Assembly: GCA_965222115.1 (NCBI GenBank)
Contig: CBDCTJ010000003.1
Span: 384,001-448,000 of the forward strand
Reading direction: 5' to 3'
Source: Planctomycetota bacterium
GTDB lineage: Bacteria > Planctomycetota > PLA2 > JAEUHO01
Length of the DNA stretch: 64,000 nucleotides
Shown: piece after piece, positions 29,892-38,358 of the stretch
How the letters are laid out: every line of letters starts with the position of its first letter
Position numbering within the stretch: the first letter of the stretch is position 1
Notes under the pieces: model-generated
Told to the model about the DNA's origin: nothing
The model's input: only the letters and a program-made list of their open reading frames with translations
Database searches by the model: none
Translations under genes and position numbers: made by a program

Positions 29892-30857
29892 ATGAACTCG
29901 GAGTCGCCCCCTCCTTTGACGAGCTGCAGTCCCGAACGAGCCGAGGGACCCGAGACCCTCTTCTCAATCCGGGCGGCCGCCAATGCGGCAGGCATTTCTC
30001 CTCAGGCGATTCGAATGTGGGAAGAGCGCTACGGACGACCCAAGGCCGTTCGCCTACCCAGCGGTCATCGGCGCTACACCGAAGCGCAACTCACGTGGCT
30101 GCGACGAGTGGCGAGCGCCCTGACCCTCGGCCATCGACCGAGCGAAGTGATTCGTTTATCCCCCACCGAACTCGACGCCCTACTCGACGAAGAATTGCAG
30201 GCGACGCCGCTCACCGACGCAGGGAAACAAGCGCTCGAGTGGATCGCTGCGTTCCGGGCCTCCGACTTGCGTCAGTGGCTTCGAGCCGAGGCACATGCGA
30301 ATGACGTTGTGACGTTCTTGTCTCAACGAGTCGCGCCACTGCTCCAGGCCGTGGGCCGGTCTTGGGCTGAAGGCAATATTCAAGTCCGGCATGAGCACGC
30401 CTTTACGGAGGTGCTACAAGACGAGCTGCGCCGACTCCGATTGAACCATGTCCCCACGTCGCGCGCCGCGCCCATCGTTTTGGCCACGCTACCCGGCGAG
30501 CTGCACGCGTTGGGTGTTTACATGATCGACCTCATCACGGCATCCGAAGGCTTGCACACCCATACCCTTGGCGCGGACACACCCCTGGACGACATCGTCG
30601 ACACCGTGCGCGATGTAGGAGCACATGCGGTTGCCATTAGTGTGTCGTCCAACATGAGTGGCACAGTCGTGGATCGTCAACTGAAGCAATTGCGAGCACA
30701 GTTGCCAAAAGAGATAGCACTCCTTGTAGGCGGTGCAGGCGTTGAACGCGCGCGCCGACGCCCGCGCGGCGTTGAGATGCCATCCGGCCTCCGAGGGTGG
30801 CAAGCATGGGTCCGCGCGTACCGAACGCCCAGGTCCAACTCATCACCCAGCAACTAG
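29892..30857 (+). CDS. CarH/LitR-type MerR regulator with cobalamin-binding domain (B12 photoreceptor)
   Basis: MerR HTH IRMWEERYG..RLPSGHRRY; W-x9-EH motif (WAEGNIQVRHEH); ExHxxG (ELHALG); LGADTP, SxS, VGG. Confidence 0.88.
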   Translation: MNSESPPPLTSCSPERAEGPETLFSIRAAANAAGISPQAIRMWEERYGRPKAVRLPSGHRRYTEAQLTWLRRVASALTLGHRPSEVIRLSPTELDALLDEELQATPLTDAGKQALEWIAAFRASDLRQWLRAEAHANDVVTFLSQRVAPLLQAVGRSWAEGNIQVRHEHAFTEVLQDELRRLRLNHVPTSRAAPIVLATLPGELHALGVYMIDLITASEGLHTHTLGADTPLDDIVDTVRDVGAHAVAISVSSNMSGTVVDRQLKQLRAQLPKEIALLVGGAGVERARRRPRGVEMPSGLRGWQAWVRAYRTPRSNSSPSN

Positions 30858-30991
30858 CGCAACAGCGGAACGTCACCCGGCCGCGCGAACACCATTTGAA
30901 CATCGCTCAGGTAACGCTCGCGCAGCGATGCGTCTTCACGCTCAAAGACGCCTGACGAGTACGTCATGGTGTCGTCGAGGAACAACGCAAA
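30854..30991 (-). pseudogene. Collapsed remnant of a cyclopropane-fatty-acyl-phospholipid synthase-like (cfa) gene
   Basis: FALFLDDTMTYSSGVFE (motif from the start of the Cfa methyltransferase domain) joined in frame to RERYLSDVQMVFARP (Cfa C-terminal-like motif); no start codon context and no SAM-binding core. Confidence 0.65.
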
Positions 30992-31004
30992 GCACGCGTA
31001 CGCG

Positions 31005-31622
31005 CTAGTCGTCCCCCGACCCCCACACCGTCTTGGCGGTGGGATCGTCAAGGAGGCGCTTTAGCGTGAGGAGGGCGCGGGTAAGTCGCGCGCCTGCAGC
31101 CTTCTCGGTGATGCTTAGAACCTTGGCCGCATCAGCGTAGGTCATGCCGTCGAATCGAATGAGGCGAATGATCTCGCGATGCGACGGCGACAGCGTTGCA
31201 ATCATCGCCAGTAGCCGTTCCCGTTCTTCGTTGCGCTGCACCTCACCACTCGCTGAACACCACGACACGCGCAACGTCTCCTTGAGTTCTTGCTCGCGCC
31301 GCGCATCGCGCCTTTCACGTGTGAAGTGTTTGCCTGCATCGCGAATTCGGTTCTCCGCAATCTGCATGAGCCACGCGGCAAACGCGCCGGGCGTCTCGTA
31401 CGTGAAGCGTTCGAGGCCCGCGGACGCCCCCGAGAGGGCTTCCTGGACGATGTCTTCAACGTCGAGTCGCGTTCGAAGAAACTCACCAAATCGAAAGGCT
31501 ATCCAACGCTCAAGGCCAGGCCGCACCGCCGAAAACGCCTCATCGAGGGCGGCGCGGTCGCCGTTGCGCGCCCGGGCGAGCACCTCGGCAAGATTGGGGG
31601 GTTCGGAAATTAGACGAGACAC
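31005..31622 (-). CDS. ECF RNA polymerase sigma factor (paralog of 11059-11697)
   Basis: ARNGDRAALD, LRTRLDVEDIVQE, FAAWLMQIAENRIRD, MTYADAAKVLSITEKAAGARLTRA. Start approximate. Confidence 0.88.
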   Translation of the reverse strand: MSRLISEPPNLAEVLARARNGDRAALDEAFSAVRPGLERWIAFRFGEFLRTRLDVEDIVQEALSGASAGLERFTYETPGAFAAWLMQIAENRIRDAGKHFTRERRDARREQELKETLRVSWCSASGEVQRNEERERLLAMIATLSPSHREIIRLIRFDGMTYADAAKVLSITEKAAGARLTRALLTLKRLLDDPTAKTVWGSGDD

Positions 31623-31773
31623 CGGATGCGCAACTCTCCCCTGAAGATCGGGTCTGAATGGCGCTGAGAGTCTACCGCTGACCCCAATCCAGATCGAATC
31701 CGGGAAAAATCGGACTTGACCGTAGGGATGGCGCCGGCACGTCGCTCTTTCATCTAGGACCAAGGAATGCGCC

Positions 31774-33918
31774 ATGAATGACCCCACCTCTTCTGAAGGC
31801 TCGGAAGCTCCAAACGGCAATGACGCGAATCCCGCGCCCAATGCAGGCTTGGGTACCGGACAGAGTGAAGAGGCCGATGCGCTCATCGCATTCTGCCTCG
31901 GCGAGTACCACGGTCGTGAAGCAGCCGGCGAGTCGGTCAATCCCGAGTCGTTTCGAACGCGACTCGGAAAGGACTTCTCACGTTTTCTCGACTTGCTCGC
32001 CGTGGACGCGCTCCTCGATGGCAGCGCCGACGATCCGTTGGACAAGTTGCCGCGCGACATGGGCCCGTACCGGCTCCTCAGGCGACTCGGTCGGGGCGCG
32101 ATGGGCGTGGTGTATGAAGCGGTTCACCGCGACCTGGGTCGTCGCGCGGCGATCAAGCAGTTGTTCTTTCCTCAGGACGACGTTTTGCGCGGGCGTTTTC
32201 GTCGCGAAGCGCGAGCATGCGCGAGCATTCGTCATGACCACATCGTAGAGATCTTTGAAACCGGCGAGGCCGACGGACAGCTCTTCTACGCGATGGAGTT
32301 TGTCGAGGGACGCAGTCTTGCGGATGCCATCAAGTCGGTGAAAGACATCAAAGACCCCAAGGTGGTGGCCACGCAGTTCGCCAATGTCTCCGACGCGCTC
32401 CATGAATTGCACCTGGCCGAGATCGTTCACCGCGACATCAAACCGTCCAACCTGATTTACGACAGCAGGGGCCGCTTGATCTTGGCCGACTTCGGTCTCG
32501 CAAGCACGGCTGAATCCGACGCGTTGACTGCGACCGGCGAAGCACTTGGCACGCCGTTGTACATGAGCCCGGAGCAGATTCTGGCATCCCACGACGAACT
32601 TGACGGGCGCTGCGACATCTATGGTTTGGGCGTCACGTTGTTTGAAACGCTCACGGGTCGGCCGCCGTTTCAACCCGATAATATCCGCGCGCTCATCAAG
32701 CTTATCTCAAGCGAAAAGCCCCCCTCGCCACGTTCGATCAATCCAGACGTGCCGGAGCCCCTTGAGCGCATCATCTTGAAATGTATGGAGAAGGAACCCA
32801 AAGACCGCTATGCAACCGCCGCCGATCTCGCAAGCGACTTACGTGCCTATGTAGCAGACGAGACGGTAGAGGGTCGGCCGGTCACAGTGTGGCAGCACCG
32901 CTGGCGAGGGATTCGCAAACATCCCTGGTTGGCGGCGGCGTCCCTGCTCGCTGTGGCCGGCCTGTCGGCGCTCTTGATTACCAAGCCATGGGCTGAAACC
33001 ACCGCCCTGCTCAACATCGCCAGCGTAAAGGGCGCCACCGTTAGCGTGAATGCCTCCGACTTTCAGGCCGTGCCCTACGAGGCGCGCATCGAACCGGGCG
33101 AAGTCAAGCTCGTACTCAAACTGGATGGCCACGACGACCTCAAGATCAAACCGTTCCCAGTAGAGGCAGGTGATAAGCACAAGTTGCAGTTCCTGGGCTT
33201 TTCCGTGCGGCGAGGTGCGTCACTCAAGGATCTGGACAAGATGGCCAAGGTCCATGGGTGGGACTCAGGACTTAAGATCGACACGCGGCGCGTGCTCGCA
33301 CGTAGTCGCAGCGGCAGTAGCTACAAGGTGGCGCTGCTCTATCCCGTGGGCAATGTGCGCTCCATGGATATGAAGCACCTGCACGCGCAAATGGGCGACG
33401 ACTACTTTGAAGAAGGGTCCATCCAAGTTCGCCGTGGCGGCGATGTACTATTCACCAGTGGTGAAGTCGAGAACATCAAGTGGAACGGCGTATTGCCCGA
33501 CAACGTGATCGCCAAACTCAAAGCAGGTGATGAACTGACGTGGGGCTTCTACCCCGATGAGGGCGATCCCATTGTGACAACATGCCGTGTCGTCGAGCCC
33601 GATATCACCGAAGTGATGGCGCGACTCGACGCGTTCATCAATGACAAACGCGCGCCGCAACCGGCAGATGCCGCCGCCGTGTATCGCGCCAACGTACTCA
33701 TCAAGAACGGACTGCTGAGCGGAGCACTGCGCGTCCTTGAAGATGCTCGCACGCAGGGCGTCACCTCGAGCCCGCTGGTTGCCACCGCGCTCAAGGTGCT
33801 GGAAACGATGCAGGGCGATGCGTTTCAGGGTCTTGAGGGGACCTCGCTGGTATTCGACCTCAAAGAGGCGCTAACCAAGCTCACGTCGGAACCGATGGAC
33901 GAAGAACCGTCGAAGTAG
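31774..33918 (+). CDS. Ser/Thr kinase - TM - PEGA-like - DUF928-like C-terminal domain
   Basis: LGRGAMG, AAIK, HRDIKPSN, DFG, GTPLYMSPE, DIYGLG; TM; C-terminal LKAGDELTW and RANVLIKNGLLSGAL. Confidence 0.9.
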   Translation: MNDPTSSEGSEAPNGNDANPAPNAGLGTGQSEEADALIAFCLGEYHGREAAGESVNPESFRTRLGKDFSRFLDLLAVDALLDGSADDPLDKLPRDMGPYRLLRRLGRGAMGVVYEAVHRDLGRRAAIKQLFFPQDDVLRGRFRREARACASIRHDHIVEIFETGEADGQLFYAMEFVEGRSLADAIKSVKDIKDPKVVATQFANVSDALHELHLAEIVHRDIKPSNLIYDSRGRLILADFGLASTAESDALTATGEALGTPLYMSPEQILASHDELDGRCDIYGLGVTLFETLTGRPPFQPDNIRALIKLISSEKPPSPRSINPDVPEPLERIILKCMEKEPKDRYATAADLASDLRAYVADETVEGRPVTVWQHRWRGIRKHPWLAAASLLAVAGLSALLITKPWAETTALLNIASVKGATVSVNASDFQAVPYEARIEPGEVKLVLKLDGHDDLKIKPFPVEAGDKHKLQFLGFSVRRGASLKDLDKMAKVHGWDSGLKIDTRRVLARSRSGSSYKVALLYPVGNVRSMDMKHLHAQMGDDYFEEGSIQVRRGGDVLFTSGEVENIKWNGVLPDNVIAKLKAGDELTWGFYPDEGDPIVTTCRVVEPDITEVMARLDAFINDKRAPQPADAAAVYRANVLIKNGLLSGALRVLEDARTQGVTSSPLVATALKVLETMQGDAFQGLEGTSLVFDLKEALTKLTSEPMDEEPSK

Positions 33919-33934
33919 CTTCGCGCGTCGCCCA

Positions 33935-34474
33935 CTACTTGCGCGTGAGCAACATGTGCATGCGCCGGCCTTCCATGCGAGGCGGCTGCTCGACTTTGGC
34001 GATGTCTTCGAGCCGTTTGGCAACTTCATTGCAGTGCTTGATGCCCAACTCTTGGTGGGCCATTTCGCGGCCGCGGAAGAGAATCATGAGTTGCACCTTG
34101 TCGCCACGCTCCAAGAACTCGCGCGCCTTTTTGACGCGGATCTCGAGCATATGCGGGTCGGTTTTGGGACGCAGACGTACCGTCTTGAGCTGAACACGAT
34201 GTTGTTTGGCGCGACTTTCGCGAGCCTTTTTGTTCTGCTCGTACTTGAACTTTCCAAAGTCCATGATCTTGCAAACGGGCGGGCTTGAGCGCGCATTCAC
34301 TTCTACAAGATCGAGCCCGGCATCGCGGGCCATTCGCTTCGCTTCGTCCGTGGGGACGACGCCAATGTTCTGATCGTTTTGATCAATCAACCGTACTTGG
34401 CGTATGCGAATGCGATCGTTTACTCGCGGCCCACTGTCACGGGGCATCGAGCGGTCATAATTCCGATATCGAAT
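33935..34474 (-). CDS. infC: Translation initiation factor IF-3 (ATT start)
   Basis: RVNDRIR..VRLID, LDLVEV, PPVCKIMDFGKFKYE, FRGRE, PRMEGR; AGGAGG 8 nt upstream of an in-frame ATT at 34474. Confidence 0.95.
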   Translation of the reverse strand: MRYRNYDRSMPRDSGPRVNDRIRIRQVRLIDQNDQNIGVVPTDEAKRMARDAGLDLVEVNARSSPPVCKIMDFGKFKYEQNKKARESRAKQHRVQLKTVRLRPKTDPHMLEIRVKKAREFLERGDKVQLMILFRGREMAHQELGIKHCNEVAKRLEDIAKVEQPPRMEGRRMHMLLTRK

Positions 34475-34631
34475 CTGAAAATCCTCCTGGGATAAAATCG
34501 TGACTCGCAGCGGCACCTACCGCTGCGGCGCGGGCGACGACGTGCCGTCCGCGCCTCAAGTGTGCCATATCCGGGGCACGCGCGCACCCAGAACAGAGGG
34601 AAATCCGTATTCGTAGGGAAACGGAGCCGAT

Positions 34632-35402
34632 CTATCTCAATCCTGCGGGTCGTTCCGGTCCCTCGAGCGGCAAAAGGACTTGAAAGCGGCTGCCCTTGCC
34701 AACGTCGGAGTCGAGTGTGAGGGACCCGCCGTGCTCTTCGGCGATACGGCGCGCAGTGGGCAGTCCCAGCCCGCTGCCTTCGGTGCGACTGCTGAAATAC
34801 ACTTCAAAGATGCGCTCTCGATCACGCTCGGGAATGCCGGGACCGGTATCGATGATATCGATGCGTGCGCTGTCGGCCACCGCGGCCGTGCGCACAATGA
34901 GTTCGTGCGGTCCCTCGGATCGTTCGTGCTTCTCCATGGCCTGAATGGCATTGAGTATGAGATTGAGCAATGCCTGTTTGATGAGCCGTTCGTCTAGCTG
35001 CATCATAGGCAACTCGCGATCTGGATAGAACGTGAGCACTACGTGGGCCTTCTTGGTTTCGGGACGCACAAAGGCCGTAACCTCGTCCACGATGCGATTC
35101 AAATCCGCACGCGCGAGGTCGAGCCGGCGAATGCCCGCGTAGCGCAAGAAGTCATCGAGGATCGACTCCAGCCGGCCCACCTCACGACGAATGGAGCGCA
35201 CGCGACGCATGGTGCGGCGGGTACGATCGTCCCCATCCTCTTCGCCCTGCCAGTCTTCTTCGAGCAGTTGCAACGTGATGTTCATGGTGGAAAGCGGGTT
35301 ACGAATCTCATGCACAAGCCCGCCGGCCACGGCTCCGAGAAACTCCAGTCCTTTGGCGGTCGGGCCCGCAGCGCGGTCATTGGGGTCGATCGAGTTCGTC
35401 AT
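34632..35402 (-). CDS. Histidine kinase lacking a sensor domain (HisKA + HATPase)
   Basis: GGLVHEIRNPL H-box near the N-terminus, NLILNAIQA N-box, DTGPGI, GSGLGL, HGG. Confidence 0.88.
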   Translation of the reverse strand: MTNSIDPNDRAAGPTAKGLEFLGAVAGGLVHEIRNPLSTMNITLQLLEEDWQGEEDGDDRTRRTMRRVRSIRREVGRLESILDDFLRYAGIRRLDLARADLNRIVDEVTAFVRPETKKAHVVLTFYPDRELPMMQLDERLIKQALLNLILNAIQAMEKHERSEGPHELIVRTAAVADSARIDIIDTGPGIPERDRERIFEVYFSSRTEGSGLGLPTARRIAEEHGGSLTLDSDVGKGSRFQVLLPLEGPERPAGLR

Positions 35403-35548
35403 CGCCGCGCTACCCTACCAGCCAGGATCATGTCGCACGGACGCGACACGCGTTCACTCGCATGTTCATCGGCGTATTCATGGGAATCTCGATTCGGTTG
35501 GATGCGAATGTCAACCAGCGTGCCGAGATTGGCGGTATTGTCTAGGCC

Positions 35549-36655
35549 GTGGCCACCGAAGTCCTCCGCGTCCTGGACCGCACCGCCGAAGCCGGTGAAC
35601 TTGAACATGTTGGTCGCATTTTGCGCCGCGGCGGGCTCGTCGCGTTCCCCACGGAAACAGTCTACGGGATCGCCGTTTCGGCGGAGATACCGGAATCGGT
35701 TAAGCGTCTATACGAACTCAAACAGCGCCCTGCCACAAAGGCGATGACGGTCATGGTCGCCGACGTTGCGCCGGTAAGAAAACGTTGCCCCAATCTTCCG
35801 CCCAAAGCGATTGAACTTATGCGCCGATTTTGGCCGGGCCCCCTCACCATTGTCTTGCCGGTTGAACATCCAGGTGGATCCCTGGAACACGCCGAAGGCA
35901 TGGTGGGATTTCGTTTGCCGAGTCACCCGTTGGCGCAAGGTCTAGTCAAAGCCGCGCGTGTTCCGCTCTTGGTTCCAAGCGCAAACCTGTCGGGGCAGCC
36001 TCCCGCAACTACCGCCGACGAAGTGCTCGAACAGTTCCCTGACGCGCTGGATGTTGTCATTGATGGCGGTCGCGTTACCGGCGGCGTGTCGAGCACCGTT
36101 GCCCAAGTCGAGGGTGAAACCGTCACGGTCTTGCGCGAGGGCGCGATTCCCGAATGGCGCATCAATCAACCGCGCTGGGCCAATGTGCTCTTCGTGTGCG
36201 CTGGCAATACGGATCGAAGTCCCCTCGCCGCCGCCATCCTTCGACGCGCACTCGCCGCGCGCCTTGGTTGCAGCGAAGCACAACTGGCCGAACGAGGGTT
36301 TAGCGTGGCGAGCGCCGGCATGAACGAGTCGGCCAAACTTGGCCACCGCGCTTCACGACGCACGCGTCATGTGGCCCGCAATGCCGTCTCGCCGCCACTG
36401 GATCTCGGTGATCATCGCGCGCAACCGCTCACTGAGAAGCTCGTTGAGTGGGCCACGCGTATCTTCTGTATGGAGAAGGCGCAGCAAGAACAGATTCTGG
36501 CGTTCTTCCCCCACCGCGTTCGCGACGTGTTGTTGCTCGACCCCGAAGGCCAAGACATTGCCGATCCCGCGGGCCAGAGCTACGCCACCTATCACACGCT
36601 CGTACGCCGACTTGAGGCCGCTGCCACACTTATCGCGGGGTCGCTCGTTTCGTAG
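35549..36655 (+). CDS. tsaC: Threonylcarbamoyl-AMP synthase TsaC/Sua5 fused to an LMW-PTP (YwlE-like) domain
   Basis: VAFPTETVYG, FWPGPLT, SANLSG, SSTV; then VLFVCAGNTDRSPLA, SAG, DIADPAG. Confidence 0.88.
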   Translation: MATEVLRVLDRTAEAGELEHVGRILRRGGLVAFPTETVYGIAVSAEIPESVKRLYELKQRPATKAMTVMVADVAPVRKRCPNLPPKAIELMRRFWPGPLTIVLPVEHPGGSLEHAEGMVGFRLPSHPLAQGLVKAARVPLLVPSANLSGQPPATTADEVLEQFPDALDVVIDGGRVTGGVSSTVAQVEGETVTVLREGAIPEWRINQPRWANVLFVCAGNTDRSPLAAAILRRALAARLGCSEAQLAERGFSVASAGMNESAKLGHRASRRTRHVARNAVSPPLDLGDHRAQPLTEKLVEWATRIFCMEKAQQEQILAFFPHRVRDVLLLDPEGQDIADPAGQSYATYHTLVRRLEAAATLIAGSLVS

Positions 36656-36750
36656 ACATCTCGTAGACATCCCAGACGTAGACATCCCAGACGTAGACAT
36701 CCCAGACGTAGACATCCCAGTCGTAGACATCCCAGTCGTAGACATCCCAG
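36650..36750. repeat. 15-bp tandem repeat (WCGTAGACATCCCAG x6 plus an 11-bp partial copy)
   Basis: Units start at 36661, 36676, 36691, 36706, 36721 and 36736; the partial copy at 36650-36660 overlaps the tsaC stop codon. Confidence 0.95.
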
Positions 36751-36805
36751 ACAGAAGCTTGCCGTTGGATGCCTGCTGCGGGGTGACTATTGCTACACTT
36801 GACGC

Positions 36806-37282
36806 ATGAAAGTCACGCCTCTCAAAGTCGCATTGGCCTCCGATCACGCTGCCGTTGTGGAACGCCAGGCGCTCGCAAAGCACCTCAAAGCTGCCGGCCA
36901 CGAAGTGACCGACTTCGGACCCGACGACACCACGTCGGTTGACTATCCCGACTTCGCCGAACTCGTGGCCCACGCGGTTGCCGGCGAGGCGGTTGACTTT
37001 GGCGTTGTCCTTTGTACGACGGGCATTGGTGTGTGTATGGCTGCCAACAAAGTGGACGGGATACGCGCGGCCACGGTGAGCAATTCCTACACGGCGGAAA
37101 TGACGCGTCGCCACAACAATGCCAACGTCATCTGCATGGGCGCGGGCATTCATGCCACCGCAGCCATCATTCGCGCGGTTGATGTGTTTCTTGCGACATC
37201 GTTTGACGGCGGGCGCCATGCGCGTCGCGTCGAAAAGATCGACGCAATCCAACGTCGAGCGCCCGCGGCAAGCGACGCGTAG
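36806..37282 (+). CDS. rpiB: Ribose-5-phosphate isomerase B
   Basis: ASDHA, VDYPDFA, CTTGIG, ANKVDGIRAA, HNNANV, GGRHARRV. Confidence 0.93.
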   Translation: MKVTPLKVALASDHAAVVERQALAKHLKAAGHEVTDFGPDDTTSVDYPDFAELVAHAVAGEAVDFGVVLCTTGIGVCMAANKVDGIRAATVSNSYTAEMTRRHNNANVICMGAGIHATAAIIRAVDVFLATSFDGGRHARRVEKIDAIQRRAPAASDA

Positions 37283-37296
37283 TAGAAACTCAAACC

Positions 37297-37977
37297 GTGT
37301 CTTCTATTGTTCGCGCACGATTCGAGTCCGAAGGTTGGTCCTACATTCGACCCGGTTCCGCACCGAACGCGCCGCTGCTTGTTGCGATTCACGGTTACGC
37401 GCAAGAACTGACCTCGTGGCTTGACTACGCGGTGTCGCTGGTGGATGAATCCTGGACGGTCTTGGTTCCCGCCGGTCCTTCGTCCTTCTATGTGCGCTCG
37501 AAAGCGGGCGCGGGCACCAATAAGCGGGGCGTGGCCTACGGATGGGTCGCCCACCGTGACCGCACCGCCACCGACCAACGGAACGCGGCGTTCATTGCTG
37601 CTGCTATGGGCGAAGTCGCCCGCACGACGGGCAAGGACGCCGACCGCGTATCCATGATTGGCTACAGTCAGGGTGTCGGTGTCGCGATGCACGCAGCACA
37701 GTCACTCGCTACGTCGCCCGTGGCGTTTGTTGGGCTCGCGGGCGGCGTACCCAAGGACGCACGCGCGGCGTGCGCAGCGCTCCGCGGTGTGCCCACGTTG
37801 TGGGTCAGCGGCACGAAGGACGCGTCGTATCCACCCGACTACATGCACGCGCTGGTGGACGATCTCGAATCTGCCGGCCTTGCGATCACCCATCACGCGA
37901 TTGAGACGGGCCACGACGTCTTGGAGCCGGCGCGATCTATGGCCAGGGAATGGCTTCTTAGCCCGGACTATTCATGA
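37297..37977 (+). CDS. Alpha/beta hydrolase (phospholipase/carboxylesterase family)
   Basis: IHGYAQ, GYSQG nucleophile elbow, GTKD, GH. The last 5 codons and the stop lie inside the MITE terminal repeat. Confidence 0.85.
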   Translation: MSSIVRARFESEGWSYIRPGSAPNAPLLVAIHGYAQELTSWLDYAVSLVDESWTVLVPAGPSSFYVRSKAGAGTNKRGVAYGWVAHRDRTATDQRNAAFIAAAMGEVARTTGKDADRVSMIGYSQGVGVAMHAAQSLATSPVAFVGLAGGVPKDARAACAALRGVPTLWVSGTKDASYPPDYMHALVDDLESAGLAITHHAIETGHDVLEPARSMAREWLLSPDYS

Positions 37978-38204
37978 AGCGCGCGTCGATGAGCCTCCAG
38001 GCTCGCGCCCGGCTGCCCTTTGCCGTCAAAACGCAGTACCGCTCCGCGCCACAGTTTGTTCTCGCGAAGGATTCGGATTCAAGGTCGAAGCGGTGGTTCT
38101 GAGGCGATGCCAAAAGCATCGTCGAACGGTTCTCCGCAAAGAGATTGGATTTGAAGACCAGCGAGAACCGCGCGATTCACTTCAATTCATGAATAGTCCG
38201 GGCT
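37960..38204. mobile_element. Putative MITE (245 bp, non-coding) with perfect 19-bp terminal inverted repeats
   Basis: agcccggactattcatgaa (37960-37978) is the exact reverse complement of ttcatgaatagtccgggct (38186-38204); nested internal inverted repeats; no transposase. Confidence 0.75.
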
Positions 38205-38358
38205 TGCCCACTTGGAAAGTAGGGCCAGCTACCTTCGGCGATAAGATCACCCCGCACATGACCGCGGCGTCGTCGCATCTGGGTGGCATTTGCCGCGTCC
38301 AACCGACGGGGATTCCTCACGGGGATCATTCGCTGGCGTCCGGTCAGGAAGGAGGCCC

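Noticed and set aside
31623-32060. N-terminal extension of the second ECF sigma factor
   Set aside because: It overlaps the divergent kinase gene; open-frame artefact.
36650-36750. CRISPR array
   Set aside because: The units are contiguous 15-mers without spacers; no cas genes.
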